NCBI GenBank assembly: GCA_051294375.1
Contig: CM119269.1
Location: 6,309,919 to 6,373,918 of the forward strand
Length of the DNA: 64,000 nucleotides
Source: Paraspadella gotoi
Taxonomy: Eukaryota; Animalia; Chaetognatha
Direction of reading: 5' to 3'
Under the pieces are notes generated by a model. It had not been told where the DNA came from, did no database searches, and saw only the letters and a list, made by a program, of their open reading frames with translations. Within the stretch, counting starts at the first letter, position 1. The number at the start of each line of letters is the position of its first letter. Shown here piece by piece: positions 62,142-64,000 of this stretch. The position numbers and the translations under genes are program-made.

Positions 62142-64000
62142 ATGACATCTCCTGCCCCCGTCCCCTCCAATGCCGAGGCGATGGAGAAGCTGTTTGAGGA
62201 GGCGAAGAAAAACGTGAGGTCGCTTCTCATTTCCACACAGGATGGACTCTCGACGATGGATATTCTCAGAGATTATTCTAACTTCGTCAACAAGCCTCTG
62301 CCTTATGCGTAAGTAGTATGTAGGTGAGGTAAACACTACGATAAATTAGAGTAGGATTTGATGGCAAGATTAGGTAATTTTCTCTTTTATTAGAGAGTTG
62401 GGTCATTACTCGGTGGAATCATTGCTGATGAACATGCCGGACGTTTGTTACCCTATCGGCGGCTACGGTCATTTCGTTCACTGGGTGGCGGTCGCCGACT
62501 CTTCCACCGCCCACATCCAGAAACTGGTTCAATGCCAGCGCGGAACAAAGAGAAAGGAACACGCCCCCCGGTTCCGAATGCCGGATACTATAAAGGGTTA
62601 GTCTAACCTTGGGTGAAGTTTCAAGTGGAGGGGGCTGCGAATGTGGCAGGGGGGAAGGAAAGGCTTATAGAATATCAATTTTGATTTAATGTTCTAGGAA
62701 ATTACATCCGGGAAACCGGGCAGGGCCTCGGGGCGGCCGCTCCTCTTCGTGGCAGAGATAACGATGCCCGACGAAGGCCCAATCGCTCTCCCATGCCGTT
62801 CTCCAACCGGCGCGGTCCTCCGCCTAGTTTGGATTTGCCTTTGGAGCAGAGGTGAAGGCGTTTGGTAACTGATAATTGGGTTCAGATTCACAAATCAAGC
62901 CTCTTTCCGTCTTTCCTACCCTTAGCGGTCATCAGTCCATTCCGCGCGCGCTCTCTGGGCGCGACGGGACGCTTAGCAAACAGTCGTCGGTAACTGCGCG
63001 CGCCGATCCACGTTGGTTTCGCAGCGATTCCGCTTCCGGCGGGGCGCCCACACCGACTTCCTCGTCGGTCAAAGTTGCAAACGGGTCGCGACCGCCCTCA
63101 ATCGCCTCGTCGCGATCGAGCGAGTCGGGTACGTCCGTCCCCGTCACCACAACCATCGTCCCCAGCGGCGCAAGAACGGCTGTTGTCACCATTAGTGAGA
63201 AAATCAAATTAATTATCAAATACAATTATCATTGTATGGAAAATAAATTTTGGACAGAATAATTACGTCATTCACGTTATTCTATTCCTCGAAGCTGCCC
63301 CGTCAAAGTGTGTCGAAACGGAGACTATCTCCCTCGTACCAACCCCAGCATCCTCCTCTTCCGTCAACGTCAATTTCGACAAACTCTGGGATGAATTCGT
63401 CCAAGATCGGCCCGTTGCTCCGGCGCCGCTTCAGTCCTCCAGCGCGGCGTCGTCGTCGTCGATGGAACCGTCGCTCGGTCGCGACATTCGCGCGACTTGC
63501 TCTTGGGTTCCGAAGTCAAACTTGGAATCGCGGATTCCGAAAGGAAGCTCGGGGTAATGGGTTGTAACCAGGCTAATTTATTATTAACTCGCTCACAGGC
63601 TGAAGCGCCCCAATTCTCCCATTTCCGTCCTTCAGTCCAAGTCAAATGTTCCGCATCGTCTTCGAGTATCGCGACCTCATCGACGTCCAGTTCAAGGGTC
63701 TCTACATGAAGTTCCCCGACGCGTTTCCGCTCAAAGAGGTCGTCTACGTCGATCCCGAAGACGAATTCAATGGGATTCTCCAGGTCGGGAGATTGGAGGG
63801 TATTAGAGAAAAAAGAGAACGAATGGGAAAGTTGGGTAAGAGAAAAGGAACGAAGGATAAGTTTGATACAAAGTCAAGGATAAAATCTTTGTTTTTCACA
63901 ATTAATGCTTACTTTTGTTCTCTATTTCGGATCAGGCGGTAAATCATCGCATCAGTCGTATGGAGGGAGTTTGGAGTTCTATAGAAGGTCCGATGATGGG
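62142..64000 (+). CDS. Extended-LOTUS domain protein, TDRD5/TDRD7-like; 5' part, truncated by the window end
   Basis: KKNVRSLLIST.DGL….ILRDY…LPY.ELGH.SVESLL.NMPDV…AVADSSTAHIQKLVQCQR is an eLOTUS signature; Tudor domains are not visible in the window. Confidence 0.85.

Overview
This is a gene-dense animal (metazoan) nuclear genomic window with GC/CpG-rich exons and short AT-rich GT-AG introns. I can build about 23 spliced protein-coding genes and every one lies on the + strand: a partial upstream gene, PMVK, FAM174-like, LRRFIP, HDAC1/2, POLD3, NUDT9, FAR, a DUF7918-like gene, RPL36, two or three novel 'RYDPP'-repeat genes, OXCT1, a novel gene with five alternative last exons, SNX3/12, TM9SF1, TM7SF3, N4BP1/KHNYN, CLPTM1, UPF3, an orphan, C18orf63-like and a partial LOTUS-domain TDRD5/7-like gene. 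Intergenic gaps are short and most carry a strong 3' splice acceptor before the ATG, which suggests an SL-trans-spliced operon. The most striking feature is at 30185-34247: three constant exons splice, through one phase-0 donor, to any of five tandem paralogous phase-0 terminal exons, an architecture like lola/mod(mdg4). Its N-terminal MADS-like module is shared, with the same intron position, by the gene at 19937, which carries a different novel basic C-terminal repeat. Also present are an intronic H/ACA snoRNA candidate, a hidden transmembrane-coding alternative last exon in TM7SF3, tRNA-derived SINEs, a TIR element, foldback elements and minisatellite-bearing repeats. All gene models and family calls were made by eye without database searches.
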